Notes under the pieces: model-generated
What the model was told of the DNA's origin: nothing
What the model saw: only the letters and a program-made list of their open reading frames with translations
Databases searched by the model: none
Made by a program: the position numbers and the translations under genes
Part shown: positions 24,242 to 36,479 of the stretch, piece after piece
How positions within the stretch are numbered: position 1 is the stretch's first letter
Layout: every line of letters begins with the position of its first letter
Origin: Halocafeteria seosinensis
Taxonomy: Eukaryota
Reading direction: 5' to 3'
Length of the DNA: 39,194 bases
NCBI GenBank assembly: GCA_001687465.1
Contig: LVLI01000095.1
Coordinates: 62,001 to 101,194 of the forward strand

Positions 24242-26600
24242 CTACACTTCTCTTCCAGTTACGTCTGCGCATAAATCCGTTAACGTAACCGCCTCCTGTC
24301 CTAAGCGTTCGTTTGTGTGCTTGATGACTTCTTCTACACCAACTAGAACGTCATGTTCCGGACGGTTGGCTGCTGCCGGCGGCTTCAGATAGTCAGGCAG
24401 CACACAGTGTAATAAAATAATGTCCCCTCCTCCACCATGAACCTGATTTTCTAGTCTTGCCTTGATGTCTTCTCGTGATGCATCCCAATCGTATACACAC
24501 ACTGACCACAAAGCTACGGTCAATCCGGCACGGTTTGCAGCTCTTAGCACGCGAATATCACGGCTTCCGTCACGAGGTCGATACCACACAGGGGAAACTG
24601 TTTCCACATTTTCCTGAGTCTTGCGTCGCGTAATGCCTGACGACGACCTTGTGCGCCGTCGTAGGCTTGGGCTGCCTTGCCCAGAGCTGTGGGAGTTCGT
24701 CGCGCCCAGGTACTTCTCGATCGCTCGCTTGCCTCTTGAGATGTCCTCAAGAATCTCCGAGGTGCTGTGCAAGCCTGGTCGACCAAGGCAGGCTACCTCA
24801 TGCCCTTCTTGATGTATTTGCTCGAGGATTTTGCCTGAAATTTCAGCGGAATCAGTGTCTACGAAGAACGTCGCCTGTATGTCATTGGTTCGGAGCTTTT
24901 CGAGTAGTGCGTTGCACTTCTGTTCGAAACGACACATAGTGCTGAAACGTACTATGATAAATAACAATAAGGCCAACATGTCGGACTTACCTTTTCTTCT
25001 GGGACTCCATTGAATGTCAAAGAGTATTTCATGCAGTACTGAGAGGACTTAGTACGCACTTCTGAAACCAGTGGAGCCATAAAAGCTGTAGATCGGATGA
25101 TCGCTCTCCACACAACAGTAGCCAAGTGCATAAGGCAGACTGATGCTATGCAAGGTATCCAGCTCGGATGAAGACGATCCAATCCCAGGTTGCGTAGCCA
25201 TGGCACTTCCAGAAGAAACATAGAATATGGTCGCAGCCACATCTGGTTTCCGTGCTGAAGAGCGCTACTAGTAGCCTCTATCAGAGAAGGTACAGTTTCA
25301 GTCTTGGCGACAAGAATCCAGCAACCTACAGTGAACATGCTCACCGATGCAAAGAAATCTAGGGCAGCCACTCTGTGAGATGCCGCCGTGACCGGCTCCC
25401 ACGCGCCTGCGTATCAATACTTATATCGAAACCTTCGAAAATCCCACACTAGAACTATCTGACCCTCCAAGCACATACCAACACCAAGAGTATTGATTGC
25501 TATTACGCATAAGGCGAAACTGAACCCGAGGCTGATTGCCAGCAGGTACCAAGCCAGTCTTTCCGAGAATATCCCTTCCTCAATAGCGGAACATATGCGG
25601 AAGGATACGATGGCGAAAGATGTATTCTGCAACGGTGACAAAGTTTCCAAACGAGTTCTAGCGACGCAAAACATTGAATCCGAACTGACAACCTACCAAG
25701 AGGACGAATGCGCGCCTTTCATAGTTGTAGTATGGCCCTAAGACTGCTGCAAGGCTCGAAAACTTGGCCAAAAGAAGCGCAAGAACAGCGGATGTGAGTA
25801 GGCTAATGCCAAATACCCTTTGTTCCGTAACGGACGTCGCGATCAGAAAGAATGATACAATCAGTATTGACGCTGTTGTCAAGCCTCTAGAACGACCGGA
25901 CTTGAGATAATGAGGTAAGCCAGTGTTAATAAGTAAAAACGGTAAGCACGAGAGCAGACTAATATGAATTCCTCTTAGAGGAGCTGGATCAACCAGGAGG
26001 AATACTAAAAGTATTAGCGTGACCACAATTGAAAAGAGAGCTACGCCACGACCAAAAACGTGAACGACATCTGCAAGGAGGCATGAAATAAATAAGTCGG
26101 ATGCGATATGCATCAGTGTAATATCTCCACTTACTCTGCTGACAGATGAGGAAGCTGAATAAAAACACGGCAGCTCCGAATCCGTATGGAGGTATGAGGG
26201 GACTAATAGTTTCCCAGGCCTGGGACCAAGGAGTCGAAGGATCTATCGTGTAGTTGGAGAACGTATCATGCAGAACTGCCAGGAGCATGGCCGTGCCTAC
26301 GACGGGTATGCAGAGACTGAAGTGATGCAAAAGTGTGCATGCAACAAAGGTAGTAGCTCCGACAAAGACCATAAAGGCACCGTCGAAAGGATCGTCCAGT
26401 GCTGTCCGTAGCAAGTAGGACGACCCAGCCATCACACACAGAGACCCAATGAGCATGTACGACAGCGTCGGCTCATGGCTGTACGGGTGCTTCTTCTGCT
26501 GCCTCTGGGACATCCACCACCACACGGAGAGCGTCAAGAATCCGACACCGCAGGCGAAAGGGCACCATTGCTGCTGAGGGGGGAGGCTGTAATACGCCAT
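24242..26600 (-). CDS. Multi-pass membrane protein with C-terminal NodB/CE4 polysaccharide-deacetylase-like domain, ~693 aa, 5 exons
   Basis: Exons 26600-26135, 26070-25697, 25626-25479, 25406-24991 and 24919-24242 are in frame. Many hydrophobic segments precede LTFNG, QATFFV, EGHEVA, WYRP, WSVCVYDW and GDIILLH. Confidence 0.8.
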
Positions 26601-27393
26601 TTTGCTCCAACAAAAGGACAGATAAGTATACTGGCGGTGGTGGTGGTGTGTGTGTGTCTATGACGAAGCTCTGCTTCTGTGCCCCTTTCTGAACACAAAC
26701 AACTCGGCCTCGACTTCCTGCCTACATCCAGTACTTGTGGGTGCTTGACAGCCGCAGCCTGTCGGCCCTGCTGGCAGGCTGCTGCCAGCTGCTGGTTCAC
26801 AGTGGCGTAGGACACGGTTTGTTTGGTGGAGGTACACTACAACCGAGGTTTCTTTTTCTGGGTAAGTGGCGCGTGATCATGCATCAGATAGGCACCGGGG
26901 GATTATGAAAAGTTTGCTGGTGAGCGAGAGAGAGAGAGAGGGAGCGATAGTGACCTCTCTGTGCTCGTCTATCCAATTTTTCAGCAAATGTTACGGTCCC
27001 CCAAGAGCAAGAGAGCAGACAGCTCCAATGCATCTCTGGTACGGCGTGCCGGACGTGCATTTGCTGAACTTGTTAACAACAAGGGAAGGCTGTTTGTGAC
27101 CGCGAGGGGACACCAAAGGTTTCCCCAAACTAGCATTGTTTGGCATATTTGAGAAGTATAGTGGCCCCACAACTCATCCTTTCATGTTCTGCTTCTTATA
27201 TATGTGTGCGTGTGTTTGCCTCTACAGAGGACATATGTCGTCAGGAACCCAGCCGACGGTGCTAAATATAGGGTAGGGAGTGCTCCTTGACTCCACTTTG
27301 CTGTACAGCGGAAAACTAGGAGCTAAACGGGATAGTTCATGTATCAGGATACAGGCGCTTCATGCCTTCCGTAATCAGCAGGGATGACCGAAA

Positions 27394-28613
27394 ATGATGC
27401 GTCGCATCTGCAAATTGCCTCAGCATTGGTCTACGAGCTGTGCGTCTGCCGGCCGATACTGGAGTTATCTCAAAAGGTTCAGTACTCACAACCATCCTAT
27501 GAAACAGACAGAGCCCGTACCGTACGCTCCAATGGCATATGCTGGCTTAGGTCAGCAGGTGGCTGCATTGATGCAGCCTCCCCAGTGGGAGCGTATTGAT
27601 CAGATGCTGCTGCAACATGGTATTATACCACGCCATCTGACGAGAAAGTACCTACGAAAGAACGATGTGCTCGGGGTGACACCCAACTCACGTGATAAAG
27701 GGTTGGGTAAAGAAGGCGTATTGCTCAAGAGTGGTGCTGAAAAAGTTGATCCCTTGACAGTATCCGGTAAGACGTCGAGAAGTTTGGACGGTCCCTCGTG
27801 GTATTTCACGTAATTAGTTTGCTTTCCCTTCGCAGTGAATGGACAGTATTTGGAATATGTCGAACCGTTGCATATCGCAATGTATAAGCCTGAAGGAGTC
27901 GTTTGCTCCCACAGTGATGAAGAAGGCGTTTCAGTCTTCGACCTACTTCCCTCTGATTTCGGTTTGCGCCGCCCTCAATTAAATTGTGTTGGTAGGTTAG
28001 ATAAGGACACGTCTGGACTGTTGCTCCTAAGCCAGAGTGGTATGTACTGCATCTATGTGCACATTGCTATATCTTGGATGCATACGTGCGTGTGTTATTT
28101 GCAGGAAAATTGATACACCGTTTAACGACTCCGCGTAGAAAAGTGGCCAAACAGTACTTAGTCATGCTTCGACGTCCGTTGTCCTTTGATCAAGGTGCGT
28201 CTAGGGCGAAGATTGCGTTTAAGCAAGGGGTAACGTTAGAGGACGGCAAGGCATGCCGCCCTGCAGTACTTGAGCCTTGTCCTTCCGATCCCTATTTTGC
28301 GCGAGTTACACTATGGGAAGGGATGTACCATCAGGTTCGGAGGATGTTTCATGCTGTGGACAACGAAGTTATTGCTTTGAAGCGCACTCGTGTTGGCTCG
28401 CTCTCGTTGTCTTCTTTGGACCTTGACGAGCCCGGGGCATGGCAGCTGATGAGCGCTTCGATGTTGCGACAACTTCTCATTGACAGTGAAAAGCCCTCCG
28501 TAATGCGACGGCGCCTCGCTGCCGAAGGGTACCTGGAGAAAGACGCCGATGAATTTAGAGGACAACCAGTTGATTCCTCCCTGCTGGACTACGAAACGAA
28601 GGCCGCTGCGTAG
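27394..28613 (+). CDS. RsuA-family pseudouridine synthase with N-terminal extension, ~361 aa, 3 exons
   Basis: Exons 27394-27766, 27836-28039 and 28105-28613. Motifs: S4-like ERIDQML, YKPEGVVCS, catalytic VGRLDKDTSGLLLL, EGMYHQVRRMF, LKRTRVG. Confidence 0.9.
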
Positions 28614-29048
28614 AACGACGTGGCCCTTATACGAATCGGGATGGTCTTTGTTGCGATGGTATTCCTTTCCAGCAACGTTGTTAACCCCAGTGTGAACTAC
28701 CTACCAGAGTATCCAATGTTTGTTTGCCCTCTCTGGTATCGTCATTCCGTTGTGTCCCCTCTGTATGTTACACTAATGTCCCAAAAAAGAATGCACCACT
28801 ATCTCCGAGTAAACCCCCGTTTGATTATATCATACCAATGGTTGTACCACTGTCTTCCTTGAAGTTGAACCGGCGTACATTGCTACGGTTGCACCGCTGC
28901 CGCCACCACTACAGGCTAGGCTCGTCAGAGCCTCGTCTGGTGCGTTTTGTTATCTCATCTCGTCCATAGATACACATAGTGATCTCGGAGTGTATTCTCT
29001 CGATTTCACATCGAGTACCGTGTCTTTCTTCCTTCCATTTCGTCCATC

Positions 29049-31680
29049 ATGGCGGCCTTCCGCAAACTCAAGGGGCTTTTCTCCACCGAAAAAGCCCCCG
29101 AAATCTATACTGTTACGCCTAAGCCCAACATGGAGATCCGTTTCCACCGTGAAGAGCAAAAGAGGTACAGCTTGTTCTTCCAGATGATTGATTACGACGA
29201 TGATGGGTATATTGGGGGCAAGGAAGGAGCGCAGTTCTTGAGGCGCTCCCAGCTCCCCGACGCCACCCTCCGCGAAGTCTGGAGATGGGCCTGCGGAGGC
29301 GTCTCCCAGCAGCAACTGGACCGAGATAGTTGGTTGGTTGCACTGAAGCTCGTTGCGTGTGGGCAAGCTGGCTATGAATGTACTTTAGAGGCCCTCGAAA
29401 CCCACCAAGACGAACTCGAACTTGCCGCAATGAACTATGGAATTGAGGCCCAGCTGGAACATTCAACGCCGGAACCCGTGGCTCCATCTTCCATCGGGGT
29501 GACCGTCAAAGATCCGGCTGTGAGTGGATCTGGGCTGCAAAAGCATGTCCTTTATACTGTGAATACATCGGTAAGGTTGCTCTTGGGTGATTGCCGACCC
29601 GTTCCTGGGAATGCTACGTGTTCGTCGCAGACGTCGTTGGCGCACTATCCTTGCAAACTGGTCACTGTATACCGTCGATATAGCGACTTCCTTTGGCTCC
29701 ACGAGCGCATTTGTACGGTCTATCCGGACGCAATCATACCCCTATTTCCAGAAAAAAAGGCGTTCGGAAACATGAATGAGGAATTCATTCAGGTAGGAGC
29801 ACCATATTCATGACTGATCACAGTCTTGCAGCAATTCTTGAAAACGTGCAGGAAAGAGCTTCTTCTCTTGAGGAATACGTGAATGCTGTTGCCCGCCATC
29901 CGAGGTGTTGCCATAGTCTGGATATCGTGCTATTCCTCACGGCATCGTCTCGGGGACTTCAGGTAGGAAAGGCCTTACGCCGTGAGGGGTTGGTATCCTC
30001 TGTTAACGTTTGCACCAATCTGGTATACAGGCAGCAAAAGACTACGTAAATGGTCTAAGGTCACACGACGAGGACAGTAGTTTGATGACAATGATGGTAA
30101 GGCTGCATGCCCTTCAGATTGTTCACCGCCTTTAACGCCTGCATGGAAGCATATCCGAATGTGGTCTCAGAAATCGTCAGGTAATGCTCTCGTCATCAAG
30201 CCTGATGAGCGGTTTGTTCAGCTATGCAATTTTCATGAAGCTGCTCTGGCGAGACTATCAGCTGCTGCTGACGTTGGTGAGAGGGTTGGACATCTGACAA
30301 CGGATGTTGCCAAAACTTTGCGCGCTGTCGCCAAGGGGGTATTCGATGTCGCTCAGGAAGAGCAACAAGGGGCAAGCGCAGGGGTTAGTGCGGCTAGTGC
30401 GGCTTACGAAAACGAGAAACATGAAAAACACTTGTCAAATATTGGAGGATCGGAGTATACCAATGCAGATGATGAAGCAGCCGCTGCGTTTGCTGCACAT
30501 ACTGCTGCCCAAAAGTCCAAGGAGAGTCAAAATGAAATCGATGCAATGTTTGACACCTCGTTTGACGACCCATTGCACCATGTGTCTACATCTGCCGATG
30601 AGCACCATGAGTCGCGCAAGAATGAAGAGGATTCTTCAAGGACGGGGTTATCAGCTTCTCTCGAGGATATATCTAAGCTACTTAGTGGAATCAGCAATCG
30701 ACTATACGACCAGATAAATTCTGCTAAACAGATATTGTATACTCCCATGAGAGTGGAGCAACAAAGAGAGGCTGAACTAGAAGCTGCTAACCAGCGCCGT
30801 CAGGAGCTAATTAAAGCTGCGCAACGAGCTCATGCTCAAGTTCAGCGGAATAAACAAACATACGCATCTTTGCGTCAGAAAGGGGATACAGGCGACAAAT
30901 CGCAGGTATGGTGGCACTTAAGTTGTTGTCAGATGTACGAAAAAGCAGATCTACTCGGGTTAATTTTGTTTTTTGTTGCTTCAGACGGCCGAAAAAGCCC
31001 TGCGACGTTCTGAAGAAAGATCCGCATCTCGCCAGCGGCAGGTTAAATTGATGAGTGATCGACTAAATGAAGAAATGCTGCGCGTGATGCGAGAAAGACG
31101 TGCTAAAGTTGCCGCTTGTTTGACAGAGTACGCGCAGAAGCAAATACAACATGCTAGAAACGTAAGTCGGTTGCTTGCCCTAGGGTGACAAGCAATGGTG
31201 GTGACGGAACTTCTGTTCATTGTGATACAGCGTTCGAGTGCTTGGCGCAAATGTGCAGCAACAGTTTGCAAGAATACCGAACAACAGCAAGCTGGGCGTG
31301 ACAGGTTCAATATGAATGTAGCCGCCTTCGAATCCCGAAATAACGTTGAGCTTGAGGAGTTGAGACGGAGCAGTTCTGCTGAACCAGACCGAAGCGAATT
31401 TGACTCCAACGCATTTGACGAAGATCACTCTCAATTTTCTCAAAATCAGAGCAGGAAGAATGAATCCCAGTTTGACGAGGGAAAGCCAGCCGGAACACCG
31501 CAGAAAGGCCCCCATGAGGATGAATCGGCCAAGCCTCACAAGAAGAGTAAGAAGGGGTCAAAGAATAAAAACAAGGAGAAAAACAAGGACCAACCGCCGG
31601 CCGAAACAGAATCTGCTGAGACGGGAACTGCGAGTGCTGGTGATGAAATTCCAGGAGAGTCGATCGACGAGATGGATTAA
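29049..31680 (+). CDS. Sorting nexin-like protein: EH domain + PX domain + BAR-like helical region, ~740 aa, 7 exons
   Basis: Exons 29049-29570, 29631-29792, 29852-29962, 30031-30096, 30171-30905, 30985-31161 and 31231-31680 are in frame. EH: DYDDDGYIGGKEGAQFLRRSQLPDATLREVW. PX: VYRRYSDFLWLHERI..IIPLFPEK..FIQERASSLEEYV. A helical region follows. Confidence 0.85.
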
Positions 31681-32035
31681 TGATAGTCCCCGCGATCCAA
31701 TGACATATGTTCCCTGTTGTTGATTACCACATTTGAATCGTACCATGCAAACTGCTTGTGCGCTGTTGTAGGTCACGCGTTGCACACTGAACACTTTTCC
31801 ACTGAACCGACGGAGAGCGTATGTGCTCTAGTGGCGCACCTGCTTTTCCAGACATGTTATCGTTCTTCTTCTGGCTGAGCGCCCTTCAAGTTATTTTCCC
31901 TCAATCTTGACTCGACTAAGTCTGTGCGTATGTCACGGGCATCCTCTTCGGGAGGAGGTATGAAGGAATTTTCTTAACGGTATTGAGTAGTCAGTCATTG
32001 CGAAACTCACAACTCACACACACGCATACCATATG

Positions 32036-32056
32036 ACACACACACACACACACACA
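32036..32056. repeat. (AC)10 microsatellite
   Basis: Read directly from the sequence. Confidence 0.9.
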
Positions 32057-32544
32057 TACCCTTGGTCCAGCAGCTCGATAACGTCAGCCTGCCACTGGAT
32101 CAGCTGCTGGATGATGGCGTTCCCTCATGCTCCTTAGAAGTCGAGGCAGAACTCGATGCTGTCCTACTGCTATGGGTGTTGGCATTATCGATCGATGAAA
32201 TATCTGTCGGTTGTGTAGCACTCTCAGAAGAGTGAATACTCGTTTGCTTCTTTGAGCATTCCGTGTCCGTGAGTTGTTTCCTGGTACTTGATACTTTGCT
32301 TACTTCAACAAAAGGTCACCACACACACAGATGTGACAGATAGCCCACCGGCCGGGGAGTTGACCGCATCCTCACCAAGGAAGATACCAGGTTGAAGAAA
32401 AGTTAACTTACTGGTACCCTTGTCTCATAATACCTAGTGTACGGCACATACCTACGTCTGGAGTAGGTAGATAAAGAAAGCAACTCAGTAAGCTTTGATC
32501 ATTCGTCATTCAGGAGAAAAGGATTTCCCGAAGAAACAACAGTC

Positions 32545-34134
32545 ATGCGTACCGGTGGGATATCAAGCCTTCCCAAAGCCATCGGCATGGTTTGTCTTGC
32601 ACTATTGTTGATACAACAACATGCTGTGTCACGAGTCACTGCTTCCAAGTCGGTGAAGTTGGACAATATCCCCGGAAAGGAATACGGGGGATTCAAGTTT
32701 GGCATTGCTAGCGGAGAGTCGTCTTACGGCTCAGCAGGTGCACAACCCTTGGGCGATGTGAATGGAGATGGAATAGATGATTTTATGAGTATAAAGTATC
32801 GTCTCGGCAATGAGAATCAAGACTCATATATGGCTGCTGAGGTGTTCCTTGGGAAACCATCTCCCTTTCCTAAGGCTCTGCTAGTGGACCGAGACGAAGA
32901 TTGGTACATCTTCGCGAAATCTTCGACGTACGGAGAATCACTTGGTCTCCTCCAACTCGGTGACGTTAATGGAGACGGACTAAACGACGTAATGATGACA
33001 GCAGTCAGCTTGGCTTCCGGCCAGACGACAGATTCGTATGCTTACGTGGTGTTCGGATCCAAGGAAAAGAAACGAAGAGTTGATGTGAGCGCTCTAGACG
33101 GCATCAATGGATTCTCCATAAAAATACCGGATAACGGTGGTGCTGCGGCCATAGGCTGTGGAGATTTCAACAAGGATGGCATAAATGACATAGTGGCTAT
33201 CAGAAAGGCATATTACAATGAAGAGAGCTACATGGTATTCGGTAAGAAGAATCGGAACGAAGCTGTAATTGATGTTACCCAATTAAATGGAGATAATGGG
33301 TTCAAGATCGGCGACATAAGTTATCCCTTTTTTAACTTTCCGATCGGAGACATCAATGGCGATGGTTTAGATGAAGCAGGGATTGGTGGTGGACGTATAG
33401 TATACGGCAGTTCCTCTCCCCCAGACTTAGCGAGCTTGCGTTTTACGAAAATAATCATGAAGTCTGGGGAAGCGGCCATGATTCGAGGAGTTGGTGATTT
33501 TAATGGGGATAAGGTGGATGATATTGTCGCCTTCTCGTCGTCAATGGTCGCTATTATTTTTGGTAAGAAGAAAGGCCTTGCCGATCAGCTCAACATCAAG
33601 GACTTAGACGCTAAGAATGGGTTCGTAGTAAATCAAACGGTAAATGCTGTTGGAGTAGGCGACTTCAATGGAGACAACATTGATGATATTGTTCTCTCGT
33701 CCGGATACTCCTCCAACAAATATTACTTGGTATCCGGAAAAACCGGGACCTTTTCTGTAAAAATTTCGTCTCCAGAGGCTATCAGTGACGTGACATTTGC
33801 CGCTCCGACGGGTGTGTCTCTCACTGGAGCCGCAGCACTGGGAGATGTGAACAACGATGGGTTCGCCGATCTACTTATTGGAGCCAGTGGGTACAACAGT
33901 TCGAAGTTCCAAGACACTACCCCGCCGACTGCAATTTTTGGCAGCAAGCACAATTCTGCGAGCGGTTCGGGAATACCGGTAGGAGCAATAGTAGGAATAG
34001 TCTGTGGTGCTGCTTTCGTTGCCGTTCTACTGGTTGTAGGTATTTACAAATATTTCTTCAAGGCTAAGCATGCCCAAAACGGTGAAGTGGACCATGGGTA
34101 CAAAGAAATTGAATCAGCAACGACTATTCAGTAA
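32545..34134 (+). CDS. FG-GAP (integrin-alpha-like) seven-bladed propeller type I membrane protein, 529 aa, intronless
   Basis: Signal-peptide-like N-terminus, seven GD(V/F/I)NxD motifs, one TM segment (GAIVGIVCGAAFVAVLLVVGIY) and a short tail. Confidence 0.88.
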   Translation: MRTGGISSLPKAIGMVCLALLLIQQHAVSRVTASKSVKLDNIPGKEYGGFKFGIASGESSYGSAGAQPLGDVNGDGIDDFMSIKYRLGNENQDSYMAAEVFLGKPSPFPKALLVDRDEDWYIFAKSSTYGESLGLLQLGDVNGDGLNDVMMTAVSLASGQTTDSYAYVVFGSKEKKRRVDVSALDGINGFSIKIPDNGGAAAIGCGDFNKDGINDIVAIRKAYYNEESYMVFGKKNRNEAVIDVTQLNGDNGFKIGDISYPFFNFPIGDINGDGLDEAGIGGGRIVYGSSSPPDLASLRFTKIIMKSGEAAMIRGVGDFNGDKVDDIVAFSSSMVAIIFGKKKGLADQLNIKDLDAKNGFVVNQTVNAVGVGDFNGDNIDDIVLSSGYSSNKYYLVSGKTGTFSVKISSPEAISDVTFAAPTGVSLTGAAALGDVNNDGFADLLIGASGYNSSKFQDTTPPTAIFGSKHNSASGSGIPVGAIVGIVCGAAFVAVLLVVGIYKYFFKAKHAQNGEVDHGYKEIESATTIQ

Positions 34135-34927
34135 CATTCATGCCAGAAAAATGCCGTTGTGCATCTGAATATGGAATACATGTATAGTCTTTTTGTTGCT
34201 GAAGTTGAGGCCAGCTTGTGCAAAAGAAAATGGTATTTACCCCATTAAACGGATTGTAGCAGTGTGCAAATGCGTTGTATGTTATTGCATATGTATATCA
34301 AGATGTATTGATGCATTGGCGGTAGATGATACGTCGGCGTTCATGATAAATCATGAGCTACTAACCTGGGACTCTTCCAACCGTAGGTGAAAATTGGGTC
34401 ACCAAGGTCTTCTCGTAGTCTCCAGCATGGTTCTACAGTATTGTAGCGATGCGAATATCCCACCCAAGGTCGCCGAGAAGGCCAAAATGGTCGCATTTTT
34501 CGCGTAAGCAGGCCCTCTTTTGCCGTACATACCGTGTACTTATGAAAATTTGGGACAACTGTGGTACAGAATCAAAACTATACAGAATACGACTCAACAA
34601 AAGCAACGGGCAAACTACTTTTTCATGTTATTCTGCCACTTTACGACACTTTGCTAACAGCATTTACATCAATTCTACCGATGAAAGCTTCATTATACCC
34701 ATATCGTTGTATATACTGTACTTGGAGTGCTTCCGATACGTGTACTTCCGATAATCATGGCAGCAAGGTCTCCAACCGAGGTACGTGTTTGCTGAACTTG
34801 AGAATTCAGCGTCCCTGTTTAAGATGATGGAGTGTACAAGCGCTAAGCCGGATACCGCAAAGCAAAGGCAATAACATTTCTCATCTTTTATTCTGAACAG
34901 AGTTCCCAAAAGGGACAGACGGTTGCT

Positions 34928-35467
34928 GTGGAAGGTCGAGGACATCCTGCCAGGGAGGTACTTCTACATGAGCGAGGTGAAATGCTTAATGTGCTCTCTC
35001 GTATGAGTACACAGCAATCGTCTGAGGATACCTGTCAAATTGAACCGTCGTTGGAAGCATGTGGCGAAGCACTGCACGAAGTATGTACCCAGATTGTGCC
35101 AATCCGTAGTGCTGCTCGGCCTCCTACCCTTTTCCAAATATAACAGGAAGAATTGGGTTTGGTTGTGAGCTTACTACAAACATTGGCACCAACATTGGAC
35201 TCTATTTTCCCTCTCCCTGAATCTGCTGAAGATCGAGCGAAGTTTTACAAGCTTTGCCAACAACGACCTGCGCATATTGATGAAAAATCGTTCTGCGACT
35301 TAGTTAACAAAGTCATGGGCCCGATACGAACGAAGCAGGAGCTAATTGGAAAGGCCGCATTAATTTGCGTGATCCTACGGCTGTATAAAACCTTCGCCTA
35401 CTCTCGAAGCGGCGTGAAGGAATACCTAACGGAAGCTGGCACTCTCTTGGGGATATCCGAACGCTGA
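34928..35467 (+). pseudogene. Possible gene relic of unknown family
   Basis: ORFs 34928-35143 and 35153-35467 are in the same frame, separated by a single TAA. The composition is protein-like but no motif was recognised. Confidence 0.3.
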
Positions 35468-35557
35468 CGTATACGACGAGGATGAAACGGCTAGCGCATG
35501 GAAAAGCGTCTCGGGCTTACGGACTGCAAAATACGATTAACTTCACTAACAACGGTT

Positions 35558-36243
35558 ATGTTGGCGTCATTGTTTTTCGGTTGCATTTTCTTGAACGAGG
35601 TAGATGCTGCCTCTCTTCTAGTGGAACAGCGGGCCTGTAGCTGCCAGACACAGGCGCCAGCTGCTACCTAAGTGTAGCGGCTAACATCCAGCTGCCGGTG
35701 GGCCATCAGTCACATCTTCGTCGTCTTACGAGGTAGTGGCAACAGATGTACGACCTGCGATTCTACCGGTAAATGAAACTGAATCCTGCTTCCACTATAA
35801 TGCGGCTCAACACCAGTTTGAAATGAACTGTAATGCGTTGGTTTGGGGTACTCATGGCTATACGAACCAAGATTATATTTCGTTGGATGCGACGTTGGAC
35901 GGTGGTCGGCAAAATGGGCACATTATAGATCTGAACGGAATAACGGAGTTCCAAGGATTGTTCACGATACTGGACGGTGTTACATCATTTGATCAAGCTC
36001 CATTGATCCGGAATCTTGATATTAGGAATGGGGAAACTGCACGCAGAGGTGGATTTATTGTCCAACAAGAGCAGAAATTCTTTATCATAGATTCATGTAG
36101 TTCATCAGGAGATATTGCTGGCAATGCTGGTGGTGGTATACATGTATGTGGTTTTCGAAGTGGTCTTGATAATGGTCACATTAAGATATCGAATTCGTAT
36201 TCGGCAGGGAGGGTACTGGGCAGACTTGCAGGTGGTATTGCGG
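35558..36243 (+). pseudogene. Truncated GLUG-motif-like secreted protein relic
   Basis: A signal-peptide-like start (MLASLFFGCIFLNEVDA, ATG 35558) is followed by a stop and frameshifts. Then come FQGLF..IRNLDI..GGFIV..IDSCSSSGDIAGNAGGGI..ISNSYSAGRV..AGGIA repeats, which end abruptly near 36243. Confidence 0.55.
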
Positions 36244-36479
36244 AACGTTCACACCGCTGTGGTATGCCATGCTCCATGACTTGTTGGTTGGGGTTTCTGT
36301 ATGTGTGTATGTTTGGTTTTTGCTAAATTCGATTTGATCAGTTTCTGCACTTACGAGCCGTTGGAGCCGAGGCGAGGCTAGAATGGACTATCACTGAGTA
36401 GCGTACAGCCACTGCAGACGATGCTTCATCTTGTTGCTTTGTTCGTTTGCGGGCGACTCTGGAGGCTGAATTCCCAAAG

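Noticed and set aside
26950..27290. Small spliced plus-strand gene upstream of the RsuA-like gene
   Set aside because: Splice-like sites exist but I could not build a convincing in-frame model.
31760..32300. Minus-strand S/T-rich coding fragments around the (AC)n tract
   Set aside because: No start codon, internal stops and low complexity; at most a relic.
12888..35467. Stop-codon reassignment or readthrough suggested by in-frame stops in relic ORFs (TAG 13086, TGA 15842, TAA 35141)
   Set aside because: Three different stops are involved alongside frameshifts, and intact genes end in TAA, TAG and TGA. Ordinary decay explains it.
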